From an uncultured bacterium (lineage in GTDB: Bacteria; JAJVIF01; JAPKYR01), in contig CBDURU010000010.1 of NCBI GenBank assembly GCA_965369865.1, forward strand, positions 1 through 56,064: a stretch of DNA of 56,064 nucleotides, in the 5' to 3' direction. Both the position numbers and the translations under genes were made by a program. A model generated the notes under the pieces. The model was not told where the DNA came from, made no database searches, and saw only the letters and a program-made list of their open reading frames with translations. Shown here one piece after another: positions 29,390 through 39,510 of the stretch. Each line of letters begins with the position of its first letter. Position 1 is the stretch's first letter.

Positions 29390-31966
29390 TCAATAATACC
29401 CAAACCTGGCATATTCAAACGTACCGCCGTTATCGACCCAAACATGGATCTCCTGGTTCTCAGTATCGCAATCGAGCGCGAGTCCATCACCTGGCAATGA
29501 GGTCGGGTACCGAACAACCAGGTTGCCAGCCTGGTCAAACAGGGCGACCTGCCATGTCGAATCGCCATTATCCTCCAGTACACACAGATAGTTGCCGGTA
29601 GCGCCATCGATGTTTCCAAAGGCGTTAAGACAACTGATATCCACCGCCGTGCCTTGAAGTGCTGTATCTATTGTAGTAATCAACAGGGGAATAGGTCCAT
29701 TTGTAGAATTCTGGAAGATCTCTATTCCCGGGTCATCCGGGGGTCCTTCAAGGTAATAATGGATGATGTCGTATGGAGGGTTTAGACCCTGGGGATCGGT
29801 ATCAATTGCGGTTTTGAACGATTCCAGATCTGATACTTCACCATCGGCGTTGCCTGAATAGTCAACCGGGAAATATAACTCGTATTCCGTGAGTTTATCA
29901 AGGTCGTCATAAGGGAAGATAACCTTCGATTCATAACCGTCTGGAGTTTGTGAGAAGTCATATCCCCAGAACGCCCAGAGTTCGGGTTCCGAGCCGAATC
30001 CGAACTCGAAATCCCTGAACGGGCAATCCCACCAGAAGTTGCACATTGAAATATAACCGGTCTCATCGGTTACCCAGTATGATTCTCTTGTTTCATAGTC
30101 TTGAGGATCGTACTCGTTAAGGTCGGTACACTCGGAAGCAAGAAAAGTTATGCCGGATGCGGAAACCTCGATTGCGGTCATCATTTCCGGTCCGCCGAAA
30201 ACATCGCCGGGCCAGTTATGATCCAGGAAGTATAAGAAGGCCCCATCCGCCGAATAATCGAGCGGGTAGTAATAAACCTCGTAATTTCCCGGTGTCATGT
30301 CGGAGTAGTAATAGTACACCCCCGCGTAACCGCTTGTATCGTCGCCAACGACTGAGAAGTCCATGTTCGCAAGGGATGATGTGGGTGTTGGAGATGGAAG
30401 TGGTCCATTATCGATAAGAACAAACCCGCCGGTAATTTCAAACATTTCGACACCGACCCCGGGTATACCGCCGCATCCATTGGTTACAACGACATCCCAT
30501 AATCCTTTAGCGGCACCGGTAAGATCGAAATCCGCGGTCAGGTGATTGAAATCTACAAACTGGACATCGGTCCCGACAATATCTGGATTACCGGTTTTCG
30601 AGAGTTTTGCCGCCAGAGACGGGCCTTCCTCAAGTTCGGTTACCTCGATGCTGACATCATCCAGAAATGATCCTACTTTTGCGGTATCGGGAGTTATACC
30701 CACGACTGACGTTTGACAGTTGGGATCGGTACCCACTGGAAGGTCAAATCGGAAGAAGCCTGCCAGTGGATCGTCGCCTGCGGCATTGGGCACTCCAAGG
30801 ATATTTTTGTAATCATAACCCTCAAATTCGCAGATTATGACGAATTCATTTCCATCGACACCCATTATTTGGTCGGCTGGTACATTAACCTGCCAGGTTT
30901 CGTAATGAACGCCGCCCGGGATGGAGGTTGTAATTTCTACCGGACTACTCAGCACGGTCGCTTCAACGATTACCTTGCTTGGCTGGATTTCCCACGACCA
31001 GGTATGGATATCAAGGATCAGGTCTCCACCCTTGTTGGTGTCATCTACATAATAAACGGTGCTGTTGTTATCAACGCGACATCCAACGGTTTCTACCGTG
31101 TTGGAAGGATGGTGCTCGGGGTTCGGACCTTCCCAGTTCGCGATTATGGCGTATCCGAATTTTATGCCGGAAGCCGTTGGAAATCTCAGGTAGTGGTTCC
31201 TGATGTTTGTTGCGCCTGCCGTAAATAAGCCGCTCTTGCTGGTGCTTTCCAGAAAGTCCCAAACGTCGCCATCAGGGCTTAATCCATCGGCGTAGTATTT
31301 ATACGCGTTGAGGTTGCAATTGAGATTGTGTGTATAACCCGGTGTCGCGACAACCCCCTCTGTATAACCGAATATACCTGGGGTCTGAAATTCCGAAGCG
31401 TTATACCATCGGGTATATCCATCCGGCATGCCAACCGGTCCATCATATGGATCGGGATAATAATGGTCCGGTTCCAGTCCTAATTCGTAATCGTACTGGT
31501 GCATGTCAGCGCCGCCGATTTTGGGAAAGGCCAGCGACTGGTAATTCAGTGACAGGGAAGCGGTGCCCATTATGACCCACCTGACATCATACACGTTGTA
31601 ATCGGTTAAATCGGCAAACGGGTGGGTGATGCTGATATCGAGGTCGACATCCGCAAATTCCGGTGTTACAACCGCGCCGTGGAATTTGAATCCCAGATTG
31701 GTTGCTGGTTTGTTAATGAACTGGGTGATGTTTAAAGTGAACGCGACATCCCTGTTCGCCACTACTTCAACGGTCTGGGTTTCAACATCGATATAGATGT
31801 CGCCGCAACCCCAAAGGTGCGTTTGTACATCCCCTTCGCGTGGATTGATCTGGGTTAATTCCGCTTCGGTGTCGGGCGACATGGGGTTGTCGCCGCCTCC
31901 GGAACAGCCCAGTACCATGACTGTGGAAATCAGCATCACAGCCAAAAGAACTGACCATCGATTCAT
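29390..31966 (-). CDS. Large acidic lipoprotein (conserved N-terminal module, IPT/Ig-like middle, probable propeller C-terminus)
   Basis: GAGGAGG RBS; lipobox VLGC; ITP...G.WDVVVTN IPT-like segment. Confidence 0.8.
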   Translation of the reverse strand: MNRWSVLLAVMLISTVMVLGCSGGGDNPMSPDTEAELTQINPREGDVQTHLWGCGDIYIDVETQTVEVVANRDVAFTLNITQFINKPATNLGFKFHGAVVTPEFADVDLDISITHPFADLTDYNVYDVRWVIMGTASLSLNYQSLAFPKIGGADMHQYDYELGLEPDHYYPDPYDGPVGMPDGYTRWYNASEFQTPGIFGYTEGVVATPGYTHNLNCNLNAYKYYADGLSPDGDVWDFLESTSKSGLFTAGATNIRNHYLRFPTASGIKFGYAIIANWEGPNPEHHPSNTVETVGCRVDNNSTVYYVDDTNKGGDLILDIHTWSWEIQPSKVIVEATVLSSPVEITTSIPGGVHYETWQVNVPADQIMGVDGNEFVIICEFEGYDYKNILGVPNAAGDDPLAGFFRFDLPVGTDPNCQTSVVGITPDTAKVGSFLDDVSIEVTELEEGPSLAAKLSKTGNPDIVGTDVQFVDFNHLTADFDLTGAAKGLWDVVVTNGCGGIPGVGVEMFEITGGFVLIDNGPLPSPTPTSSLANMDFSVVGDDTSGYAGVYYYYSDMTPGNYEVYYYPLDYSADGAFLYFLDHNWPGDVFGGPEMMTAIEVSASGITFLASECTDLNEYDPQDYETRESYWVTDETGYISMCNFWWDCPFRDFEFGFGSEPELWAFWGYDFSQTPDGYESKVIFPYDDLDKLTEYELYFPVDYSGNADGEVSDLESFKTAIDTDPQGLNPPYDIIHYYLEGPPDDPGIEIFQNSTNGPIPLLITTIDTALQGTAVDISCLNAFGNIDGATGNYLCVLEDNGDSTWQVALFDQAGNLVVRYPTSLPGDGLALDCDTENQEIHVWVDNGGTFEYARFGYY

Positions 31967-32278
31967 GAAGGACCTCCTCAATACAATCTCTATTTTCTGT
32001 GGTAATAAAAAACTGTAGTTCGCTATCTGCCTTGAACATTATGATTATCACAAATTATTGGAAAATTTGCAAATATCATTGAGCCAAAATCCCGAATTAC
32101 CGAAGTCCCGTAGCCCGGAAATGCACTTTCCGGGACTGTTGAAATTATTTACGGACCAGGAGAAATGTATTCTCGGGCTAATTTCTTAAGCCGTAATGGA
32201 AAGCAGGGATGAGTTGCGGTATAATTTAATTGTGAAACCTCAGTATATAAAGGTGAGGTACGGAAGGAGGCATCATCA

Positions 32279-32500
32279 GTGCCGAAAAGATTGAACGTCG
32301 TAATTACACGCGAAGATAAAATTTTCGTGGCTCAATGCATCGAACTTGGTGTCGTGAGTCAGGGAGGTACCATCGAGGAAGCGCAGGCCAACCTCAGGGA
32401 AGCGGTGGAACTCTTCATTGAAAGTTTTGGGATCGATGACTTGCCGGACAGTCAGGGCGAAATCGTTTTATATCCATTAGAGGTCACAGTCCTTGGCTAA
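32279..32500 (+). CDS. hicB: HicB-family antitoxin
   Basis: FVAQCIELGVVSQGGTIEEAQANLREAVELF; GTG start with AGGAGG RBS. Confidence 0.9.
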   Translation: MPKRLNVVITREDKIFVAQCIELGVVSQGGTIEEAQANLREAVELFIESFGIDDLPDSQGEIVLYPLEVTVLG

Positions 32501-32711
32501 ACTACCCGTTCTATCAGGTAATGAGCTATTGGCCGCTCTGAAAAAATGCGGCTTTAAGGTTGTGCGGCAAAAAGGCAGCCATGTAAGCCTTCAGAAGGGC
32601 GCGTTTAGAACAGTGGTTCCGCTTCATGACGAACTGGCTAAGGGAACACTGTTCGGAATCCTGAGGCAGTGCGGATTGTCGAGAGAGGATTTAACCGCGC
32701 TTCTGAAATAA
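32493..32711 (+). CDS. hicA: HicA-family toxin
   Basis: GF.VVRQKGSH, VVPLH.EL..GTL..IL.Q.GLS. Confidence 0.92.
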   Translation: MAKLPVLSGNELLAALKKCGFKVVRQKGSHVSLQKGAFRTVVPLHDELAKGTLFGILRQCGLSREDLTALLK

Positions 32712-32763
32712 ATCCACCTTCTCACAGATTAATCCCGGCAAGTGAAGTCCCGGACTACTTACT

Positions 32764-32795
32764 AAAAAAAACCGCGCTGCGGATCGCAGCACGGT
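32764..32795 (-). terminator. Intrinsic terminator of the 32819-34198 gene
   Basis: CCGCGCTGCG-GAT-CGCAGCACGG hairpin with an A-run (U-tract on the minus strand). Confidence 0.65.
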
Positions 32796-32818
32796 ATTAA
32801 GATCTATTTTAATCTGGT

Positions 32819-34198
32819 TTAGCTGGGGGGGTAGTTATCGAGACCCCTGGCCGCGAAGAATGGCTGCATCATACCTGTGCGATCGGCCTCCATCTGTGTC
32901 GTATTCGCTCCGACCTGTGCATACAGCCCGACAGAATGACCATCCACCGTGACCACGATATAGATCGCGGCGTCGTCCGTCAGGGTTCTCGATCGTGCAC
33001 CCGCTCGGCCGTCGTGTCTCGCGAACGCTTTGCCGCCCGTGTTTAATACTATCCATCCTGAGTCGGCGGTCGATGATCCTTTACCAAATCCGTTCAACGC
33101 GTCCTCGGCAGTACCGGAATCTTTCACGTGGGTTTCAGAACTGCTGATCGAAACACTGCCATGTAGACCACCCTGGCCTGAGAATTCTCCGCCCATTGTG
33201 ATTCCGATTGTCGATGAAACCGTATCGCCTGACTGTGCTCCACCCGCGATATCGAACAGGGTGCTTCCATTGAAGATGGCCTGTGCGCGGTCGACTGCGT
33301 AAGCGTTGGATATCCTCGTGCAGAACGGGCTCCAGAAGCCTATCCAGGTCCTTGCCCACATATTTGATTTGTAGATTGCTTCAGCTTCCGCGAGTGTATC
33401 CGGATCATAATCGCAGTACGACTCTTCGCCGATAACAAGACGGTAGGTGACTGCGTATTCGATAATGTCCAGGCCGTATCCAATCTCCGTGTAATCCCAC
33501 GGTCCTGCAAAGCAGTTTACACTTACGCTTGCTTTTGGGGCAGCTACTGAGAGTGAATGGGCCGGTCCAAGCACAGACCTGAAATGCTTGTACGTGCCAT
33601 TATCCCAATTTACGCTTGCGGGTGTGTTGTTGTTACGTCGGACGGTGAATGCTACTGTGACTTCGTATTTGCAGTCGTTTTCCCAGTGAAACCAGCTTGC
33701 TTCCTGAACACCCTGGGTCGTTCTGCCGATTGAATCTCCACTCTTCGAAAGGAAGAACGTATCCCACTGGTCGTTTGTGATGGGAAGGGGAAGTGCCACC
33801 AAAAGGTCATATTCATCCGGGTCGAGGTAGTAGCCGCCGGCATTTTCAAGGTCGACCGCTCCCTGCTCGAAATCCTGATCCTGAGGGGCTGGAGGATCTG
33901 ATGATCCCTCACTGGACTGGTCATCCTCCGCAGCTTCAGGCGTTGCTTCATCTGAATCCATTGGAGGTAGAACCGGACCGCTGGGTCCATCGTTGTTCGG
34001 GGGACTGTCGGAAGAGGAAACACTGGATCCACCGTCGTTTACCGGTGCGCTAACACTGGACCCACCGTCGCTCGATGGTGAAGTAATATCGTTCCCGGAT
34101 CCGCCGCAGCCTGTAAGTACGATAAAGCTAAATGCCATGGCGATAACCAGGACGTAAATTAAATTGAAGTTCCGTTTGTTGTTTTGTGTATTTTTCAT
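32819..34198 (-). CDS. Hypothetical lipoprotein with Ser/Pro/Asp linker
   Basis: Lipobox LTGC; AGGAG RBS; low-complexity linker; beta-rich remainder. Confidence 0.75.
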   Translation of the reverse strand: MKNTQNNKRNFNLIYVLVIAMAFSFIVLTGCGGSGNDITSPSSDGGSSVSAPVNDGGSSVSSSDSPPNNDGPSGPVLPPMDSDEATPEAAEDDQSSEGSSDPPAPQDQDFEQGAVDLENAGGYYLDPDEYDLLVALPLPITNDQWDTFFLSKSGDSIGRTTQGVQEASWFHWENDCKYEVTVAFTVRRNNNTPASVNWDNGTYKHFRSVLGPAHSLSVAAPKASVSVNCFAGPWDYTEIGYGLDIIEYAVTYRLVIGEESYCDYDPDTLAEAEAIYKSNMWARTWIGFWSPFCTRISNAYAVDRAQAIFNGSTLFDIAGGAQSGDTVSSTIGITMGGEFSGQGGLHGSVSISSSETHVKDSGTAEDALNGFGKGSSTADSGWIVLNTGGKAFARHDGRAGARSRTLTDDAAIYIVVTVDGHSVGLYAQVGANTTQMEADRTGMMQPFFAARGLDNYPPS

Positions 34199-34469
34199 GA
34201 TCCATCAGCTCCTTGTTTTTGTCTCTCACGCTTAACATTGCACTAACTCGACCAAAACAAGATTTTGCTCCGGAACTTCAGGCAAAACCTCCTGAAATCC
34301 CCGTAAATACTGATATGCGATATTATCTATAAATTCCAGAAAAATTCCCGGGAGTTTGGAATTAAATTGAATTCAATCATTTTGAGAGGATTTTCAGATG
34401 AATTTCAGAATGGGCAGACCAACGTAGCGGCTGCTGTTAGCTTCCAGGGGCTGTTGAAAAAGTACTAAA

Positions 34470-34560
34470 TCCCGTAGCGCAGGACACTGGCCTGAAGTAC
34501 CGTGAACTAAACCCCGTAACGCAGGACGCTGGCCTGAAGTACCGCGGACGGCCCGTCCGC
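34470..34560 (+). repeat. Duplicated GTAG-REP-like units (CCCGTARCGCAGGACRCTGGCCTGAAGTACCG x2) plus a GCGGACGGCCCGTCCGC hairpin
   Basis: Direct repeat read in sequence. Confidence 0.7.
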
Positions 34561-34703
34561 ATGAGAAGTAAGTAGGGCCTGTTGAATTTATTTATGGACT
34601 ACTTCCTATTTTCCCAAAACAGGGTATACTTATTATTATCAAAGCGTGGTAATTCAGAAATTTAGTTTTCTTTGTTGACAGTAAATTCAGGGAGGCAAAT
34701 AGG

Positions 34704-37280
34704 ATGGTTCTTTCACTGCGCGGCTTTTTTTTAATTTCGTTCATATGGATTCTCATATGCGGTTGCTCCGGGAATTCGACTCAACCGGTTTCCCCTGAGA
34801 ATCCTGTATCCTCGCCAGGATTGACAGTCAGAGAAGAATTAGGCGTAAGTCCTGATGGCGCCAATCATTACCTCATGAATTACGGTTACATCTTCGTCGA
34901 CCCTAACCATCCTGACAGTCCACAGCTTGAGGTTATCCCGGTACGTCAGGGAGAATTTCACCTCAACGTACTGAAATTACTCGAAATAAGCCCATGTACC
35001 GATTGCTTCAGGGTCGTCGGTTTCGATTTCCCCGAACCTGGCAAGCTGAATTTAGATATTCTTATCGAACATCCATGGGCTGACCTGGATTATTCAGTTT
35101 TCGATGTACGAGCGATAATTATGTTCAATGGGAGCCATGAATTTCCGATCTGTGGAAAATCAACATCCGATCCGGCTCTCGGCGATGGCGTGGTTCTCAA
35201 TCCTGATGGCTGTACAGCGTTATATAACGGGTCAACCGTAACAGCATCTTGTGGAGAATTTAAAAAATATTTCCAGGGAGAACTGGCTACATGGTTAGTC
35301 CCGGATTCGGATATCAATGGATACAAATATTTCATAACCGATAATCCTTCGAATAATCGTAACGCGTTTTACGCGGGATCGGTCGATGTGCGGACATTTT
35401 CACTGCAACTTCCACCCATAACCTGGGTGATCGGCTACGCGGTCGACGCGAGCTGGGAGCCGCCGATCTCGATGCCGGTTGATGATCCGCTGACTGATTT
35501 CGATCTAAACGCAAACTGCACCGAGCCATGGAAGGTTGTTGTAACCGAGGAGAAGATTGGCCCGGGTCTTACTATACATGGTGGACTAACCAGGCTTCTC
35601 ATTGATGTTTATGACTGGCAAGGGAAATCGACACATCATGAGCCAGTCGTTGAGTGCCCCGAGATTTTCGATGGTTTTCTCACAGGAACATGGGTAAGCG
35701 ACGAAGTTGATTACACTCGATATGAGGTATTTGTTTCGAACGATAACCTGGCGCCGGTTGGGAATTTCTTGTGTCTTATCGGACTAGAAGCGATTGAAAA
35801 TGATCCAACAGAAACCCCCTGGCTCGACTTGACGGCATATCAGTTTAGTAGTCTTGACGTTGGGGAAGTAGGAACAGATGGTAATCTCATCTGGGCGAAG
35901 CGAGCCGGCGGAACATATTTTGAAACAGGTTATGCCATCACTACGATTTCTGATGATTCAACTGTCGTGACCGGATCCTTCACCGGGTCAGCCTTATTTG
36001 GTCAGGGTGAACCAAACGAGATCGTACTAATTCATACAGGACAAGGTGATATTTTCATCGCGCGGTACAACCCTGACGGAAGCTTGGCTTGGGTGAAGCA
36101 AGCTGGTGGCACAGATGGTGATTCAGGTCGCGGCATCACTTCACTTTCTGATAATTCAACTGTCGTGACTGGGTACTTCTGGATTTCAGCTACATTTGGT
36201 CAGGGTGAACCAAACGAGACCGTTCTGAATTCGGGAGGATATTGTGATATCTTCGTTGCGCGGTACAATCCTGATGGAAGCCTGGCATGGGCGAAGCAAG
36301 CTGGCGGCATTGAACATGATAAAGGCTATAGCATCGCTGCACTTTCCGATAATTCAACTGTCGTGACCGGATACTTCTATAGTTCAGCCATATTTGGTAA
36401 GGGTGAACCAAACGAGACCGTTCTGAATTCGGGAGGATATTGTGATATCTTCGTTGCGCGGTACAATCCAGATGGGAGCCTGGAATGGGCGAAACGAGCC
36501 GGCGGTATATATCATAATGGAGGCTATGGCATCACGGCGCTTTCCGATAATTCAACTGTCGTGACCGGATCCTTCACGGGCTCAACCACATTTGGTAAGG
36601 GTGAACCAAACGAGACCATTCTGAATTCGGCAGGTAATTATGATATCTTCATCGCGCGGTATAATCCTGACGGAAGTCTGGCATGGGTGAGGCAAGCCAG
36701 TACCACATTTAATGGGAGAGGGCTTAGCATCACTACGCTTTCTGACAATTCAACTGTCGTGACCGGATTCTTCGCCGATTCAGCCACATTTGGTCCAGGT
36801 GAACCAAACGAGACCGTTCTAATTTCGGCAAAATATCAGGATGTTTTCATCGCGCGGTACAATCCTGACGGGAATCTGGCATGGGCGAAGCGTGCTGGTG
36901 GCACATCCCGGGATCATGGTGAAGGCATCACTACACTTTCTGATAATTCAACTGTCGTGGCCGGACGGTTCGCTAGTTCAGCCACATTTGGCCAGGGTGA
37001 ACCAAACGAGACAATTCTAAATTCAGCAGGATCTACGGATATTTTCATCGCGCGGTACAATCCTGACGGGAGCCTGGCATGGGTGAACCAGGCAAGTGGC
37101 ACTGGGCAGGATGAAGGTTGGGGCATCACTACGCTTTCTGATAATTCAACTGTCGTGACCGGAAACTTCGGTGGTTTTTATGGTGATTCAGCCACATTTG
37201 GTCTGGGTGAACCAAACGAGACCATTCTGAATTCGGTTGGACCTTATGGAGATATCTTCATCGCGCGGTTTGCCGAATAA
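34704..37280 (+). CDS. Lipoprotein with conserved N-terminal module and C-terminal 7 x 66-aa beta-propeller (SBBP-like) repeats
   Basis: GGAGG RBS; lipobox ICGC; 198-bp repeat period starting at 35892. Confidence 0.88.
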   Translation: MVLSLRGFFLISFIWILICGCSGNSTQPVSPENPVSSPGLTVREELGVSPDGANHYLMNYGYIFVDPNHPDSPQLEVIPVRQGEFHLNVLKLLEISPCTDCFRVVGFDFPEPGKLNLDILIEHPWADLDYSVFDVRAIIMFNGSHEFPICGKSTSDPALGDGVVLNPDGCTALYNGSTVTASCGEFKKYFQGELATWLVPDSDINGYKYFITDNPSNNRNAFYAGSVDVRTFSLQLPPITWVIGYAVDASWEPPISMPVDDPLTDFDLNANCTEPWKVVVTEEKIGPGLTIHGGLTRLLIDVYDWQGKSTHHEPVVECPEIFDGFLTGTWVSDEVDYTRYEVFVSNDNLAPVGNFLCLIGLEAIENDPTETPWLDLTAYQFSSLDVGEVGTDGNLIWAKRAGGTYFETGYAITTISDDSTVVTGSFTGSALFGQGEPNEIVLIHTGQGDIFIARYNPDGSLAWVKQAGGTDGDSGRGITSLSDNSTVVTGYFWISATFGQGEPNETVLNSGGYCDIFVARYNPDGSLAWAKQAGGIEHDKGYSIAALSDNSTVVTGYFYSSAIFGKGEPNETVLNSGGYCDIFVARYNPDGSLEWAKRAGGIYHNGGYGITALSDNSTVVTGSFTGSTTFGKGEPNETILNSAGNYDIFIARYNPDGSLAWVRQASTTFNGRGLSITTLSDNSTVVTGFFADSATFGPGEPNETVLISAKYQDVFIARYNPDGNLAWAKRAGGTSRDHGEGITTLSDNSTVVAGRFASSATFGQGEPNETILNSAGSTDIFIARYNPDGSLAWVNQASGTGQDEGWGITTLSDNSTVVTGNFGGFYGDSATFGLGEPNETILNSVGPYGDIFIARFAE

Positions 37281-37872
37281 ACCTTTGCTTTACACAAACA
37301 CATCCATCTAATATTTGTCTAATCTCCCACAATATAAATTTCCTGACCGGTAGTCCCATATCTATGTGATAAGGGCTCCATATCTATCCCCCACCTCAAG
37401 CGTTAGACACATATCTATATGATATGTGTTGCTGTATCAATCAGTACCGCGACCGTCAGTGAGCGGCCTGCCAACGTCCGTACATTCTCATTCACCTCAC
37501 ATCACTTAGTAATACAGACCGGTGGCCCCTCACAACGAGTTCCACGAGTTGGGAGGGTTCCCCTTTTTTTTACCCCCCCCACCTGCGCCAATCATCCCTG
37601 AACCTGTCCTATTAGTTAGTAGAGATCACAATGTTCAGACGCAGAAACGTACCAGGGCGCCGTCCCCCGTATCCTGATACGGCTGAAGGCGTCAAAACCG
37701 GAAATCCCGACTGTCGCCCTGAGACAGCCAAAACGGCACTCGGGTCCGCTCATAGAGCAGATCGCGCCTGTCTCAGGGATACAGTAAAATCGCGAAAAAA
37801 AAGGGGAGATACGGATACACCCGATACGGGTAAAAACAAATAACCGAACCAATTCTACTTGAAATTCTTCTT

Positions 37873-39144
37873 CTATACCGTCACCGGAGGTTTCAATGGA
37901 TCACCCGGCACCGGGTGGGGTTTCAGTTCCTTATTGAATTTCATGAATCCACCCGCGGATTTTGCCAGGTTAATGTAAGCCTGGAATGTATGGAACGCCA
38001 TGTCCCGCTTGACGAGGTATTTACCATCGTCCGGCTGTACAACAAGGCTGACCTCGATATTCGGTGCTGCCCCAATCGGAATCTTATGTTCCCGGCACTT
38101 GAGGTACATGTGCTTCATGACCGGCAGCATGTCCTCATATTTCGGCGACGGTGTATTTTCCAAATCTGATCCGATTACTGGACGGAAAATACACACTGTC
38201 GGGAACGCGCCGAGTGAAGTGATGTAGTCGATTCCCTTCAACGTCCAATCGACCGGTTCGAGGCCCGCGATGATCTCGCCGGACACCTGGCCTTTCTGGA
38301 GTTTCGAGCAGCAATATTCCATCGCGTCGAAAAATGTCTGCTGTCCGAGCGTGTCCTCTTTTCCGGGGCAGATTTTCTGGAACCATTCCGGTGAATGGAA
38401 CTCGTAGCAGATGCTGAAATGATCCGCGCCGCAATCGATCAGCCAGTCATATTTCCAGTGATTTTCTTTCGTTGCGGGTATGCACTGCACGCCTGTCATA
38501 AGGCCGACCTTTGTCTTGATCGCATGTACATATGGCGCCATCGCGTCAAGCCCCTTCCCCTCCTGCCATCCGGTATTGAAATGGCAGAACGTCACACCTG
38601 ATTCTTCCTTGGCGGCTGTCGCTACTTCAACAAGCTCGTCCAGGTCCTTGTCGTGGATCTCGTTGATCCCGACATTAAATCCGGTCGTGCAGAATTTGCA
38701 GTTACGTTTCGGGCGGTCGTACCAGTACATGCACGAGCCGGAAATGTAGACGCCGAGGTACGTTCCCTGCAGCACACCGACCATGCTCATCGGATTTCCA
38801 AGAGAAGTTTTCTTCGTGTACCAGGTGGGTTCTGGCGGAATTTTAACTTCGTACTCGTAATCGGACCGCGCGTCGAAAACGTAGTATTTGTCATCCCTTT
38901 TCTTGAGATAATATGGGGTCGCCTGGACAAAATCCTCCTCGACCGGGATATTCATCCAGATTTCCTTCAAATCGCCGGGAATAATTATTTCCAGTCCGCT
39001 TCCAAGCCCGGCGCGGGTTCGGGAGAATAACCTGGCGTCGCTTTCGAGCGTGCAGGACTGGTCGATCTTGATACCGTTGCAGAAAAGATCGATCTCAAGT
39101 TCCCCGGGATTCAGCTTATGATCGTGAGCTTTTAATTCAGACAC
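37873..39144 (-). CDS. Radical SAM protein with CX10CX2C motif
   Basis: CMYWYDRPKRNCKFC; IIAGLEP and GAFPTVCIFRP motifs; GTG start after GGAGG (alternative ATG at 39159). Confidence 0.85.
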   Translation of the reverse strand: MSELKAHDHKLNPGELEIDLFCNGIKIDQSCTLESDARLFSRTRAGLGSGLEIIIPGDLKEIWMNIPVEEDFVQATPYYLKKRDDKYYVFDARSDYEYEVKIPPEPTWYTKKTSLGNPMSMVGVLQGTYLGVYISGSCMYWYDRPKRNCKFCTTGFNVGINEIHDKDLDELVEVATAAKEESGVTFCHFNTGWQEGKGLDAMAPYVHAIKTKVGLMTGVQCIPATKENHWKYDWLIDCGADHFSICYEFHSPEWFQKICPGKEDTLGQQTFFDAMEYCCSKLQKGQVSGEIIAGLEPVDWTLKGIDYITSLGAFPTVCIFRPVIGSDLENTPSPKYEDMLPVMKHMYLKCREHKIPIGAAPNIEVSLVVQPDDGKYLVKRDMAFHTFQAYINLAKSAGGFMKFNKELKPHPVPGDPLKPPVTV

Positions 39145-39381
39145 AATTAACCTCCGCATCCTGGCCTGTCAGGGAATACATCCTGGATGCAAAATTAAAA
39201 ATAAGATGACAGGCGTCCGAAAAAAAAACAGGCTTCCCATACCTGTAGCACAAATTATCTGCCCATCAGCAATTGAATGCTATCATTTTTCATTAAATCG
39301 GGCAAGATAAGCGAGGCTGGAAATCCCTGAGCTGTGCCCGGTAACCCTGACTCAGATTAAATACCACCTGAAACCCAGAGG

Positions 39382-39410
39382 TTGACGGATTGCTGATGTG
39401 TGTGTAAGCT
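39382..39410 (+). promoter_or_regulatory. Candidate promoter of the thioredoxin gene
   Basis: TTGACG-17 bp-TAAGCT. Confidence 0.5.
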
Positions 39411-39510
39411 GGTTTGTTACGTTGGAGGTTTCGGGTTCGTGCCCGAAAACCTGCAACGTTGATTTTATTGTGTACCGGAAAATCCGGTCCTGAAAAATGG
39501 AGTTAATTTA

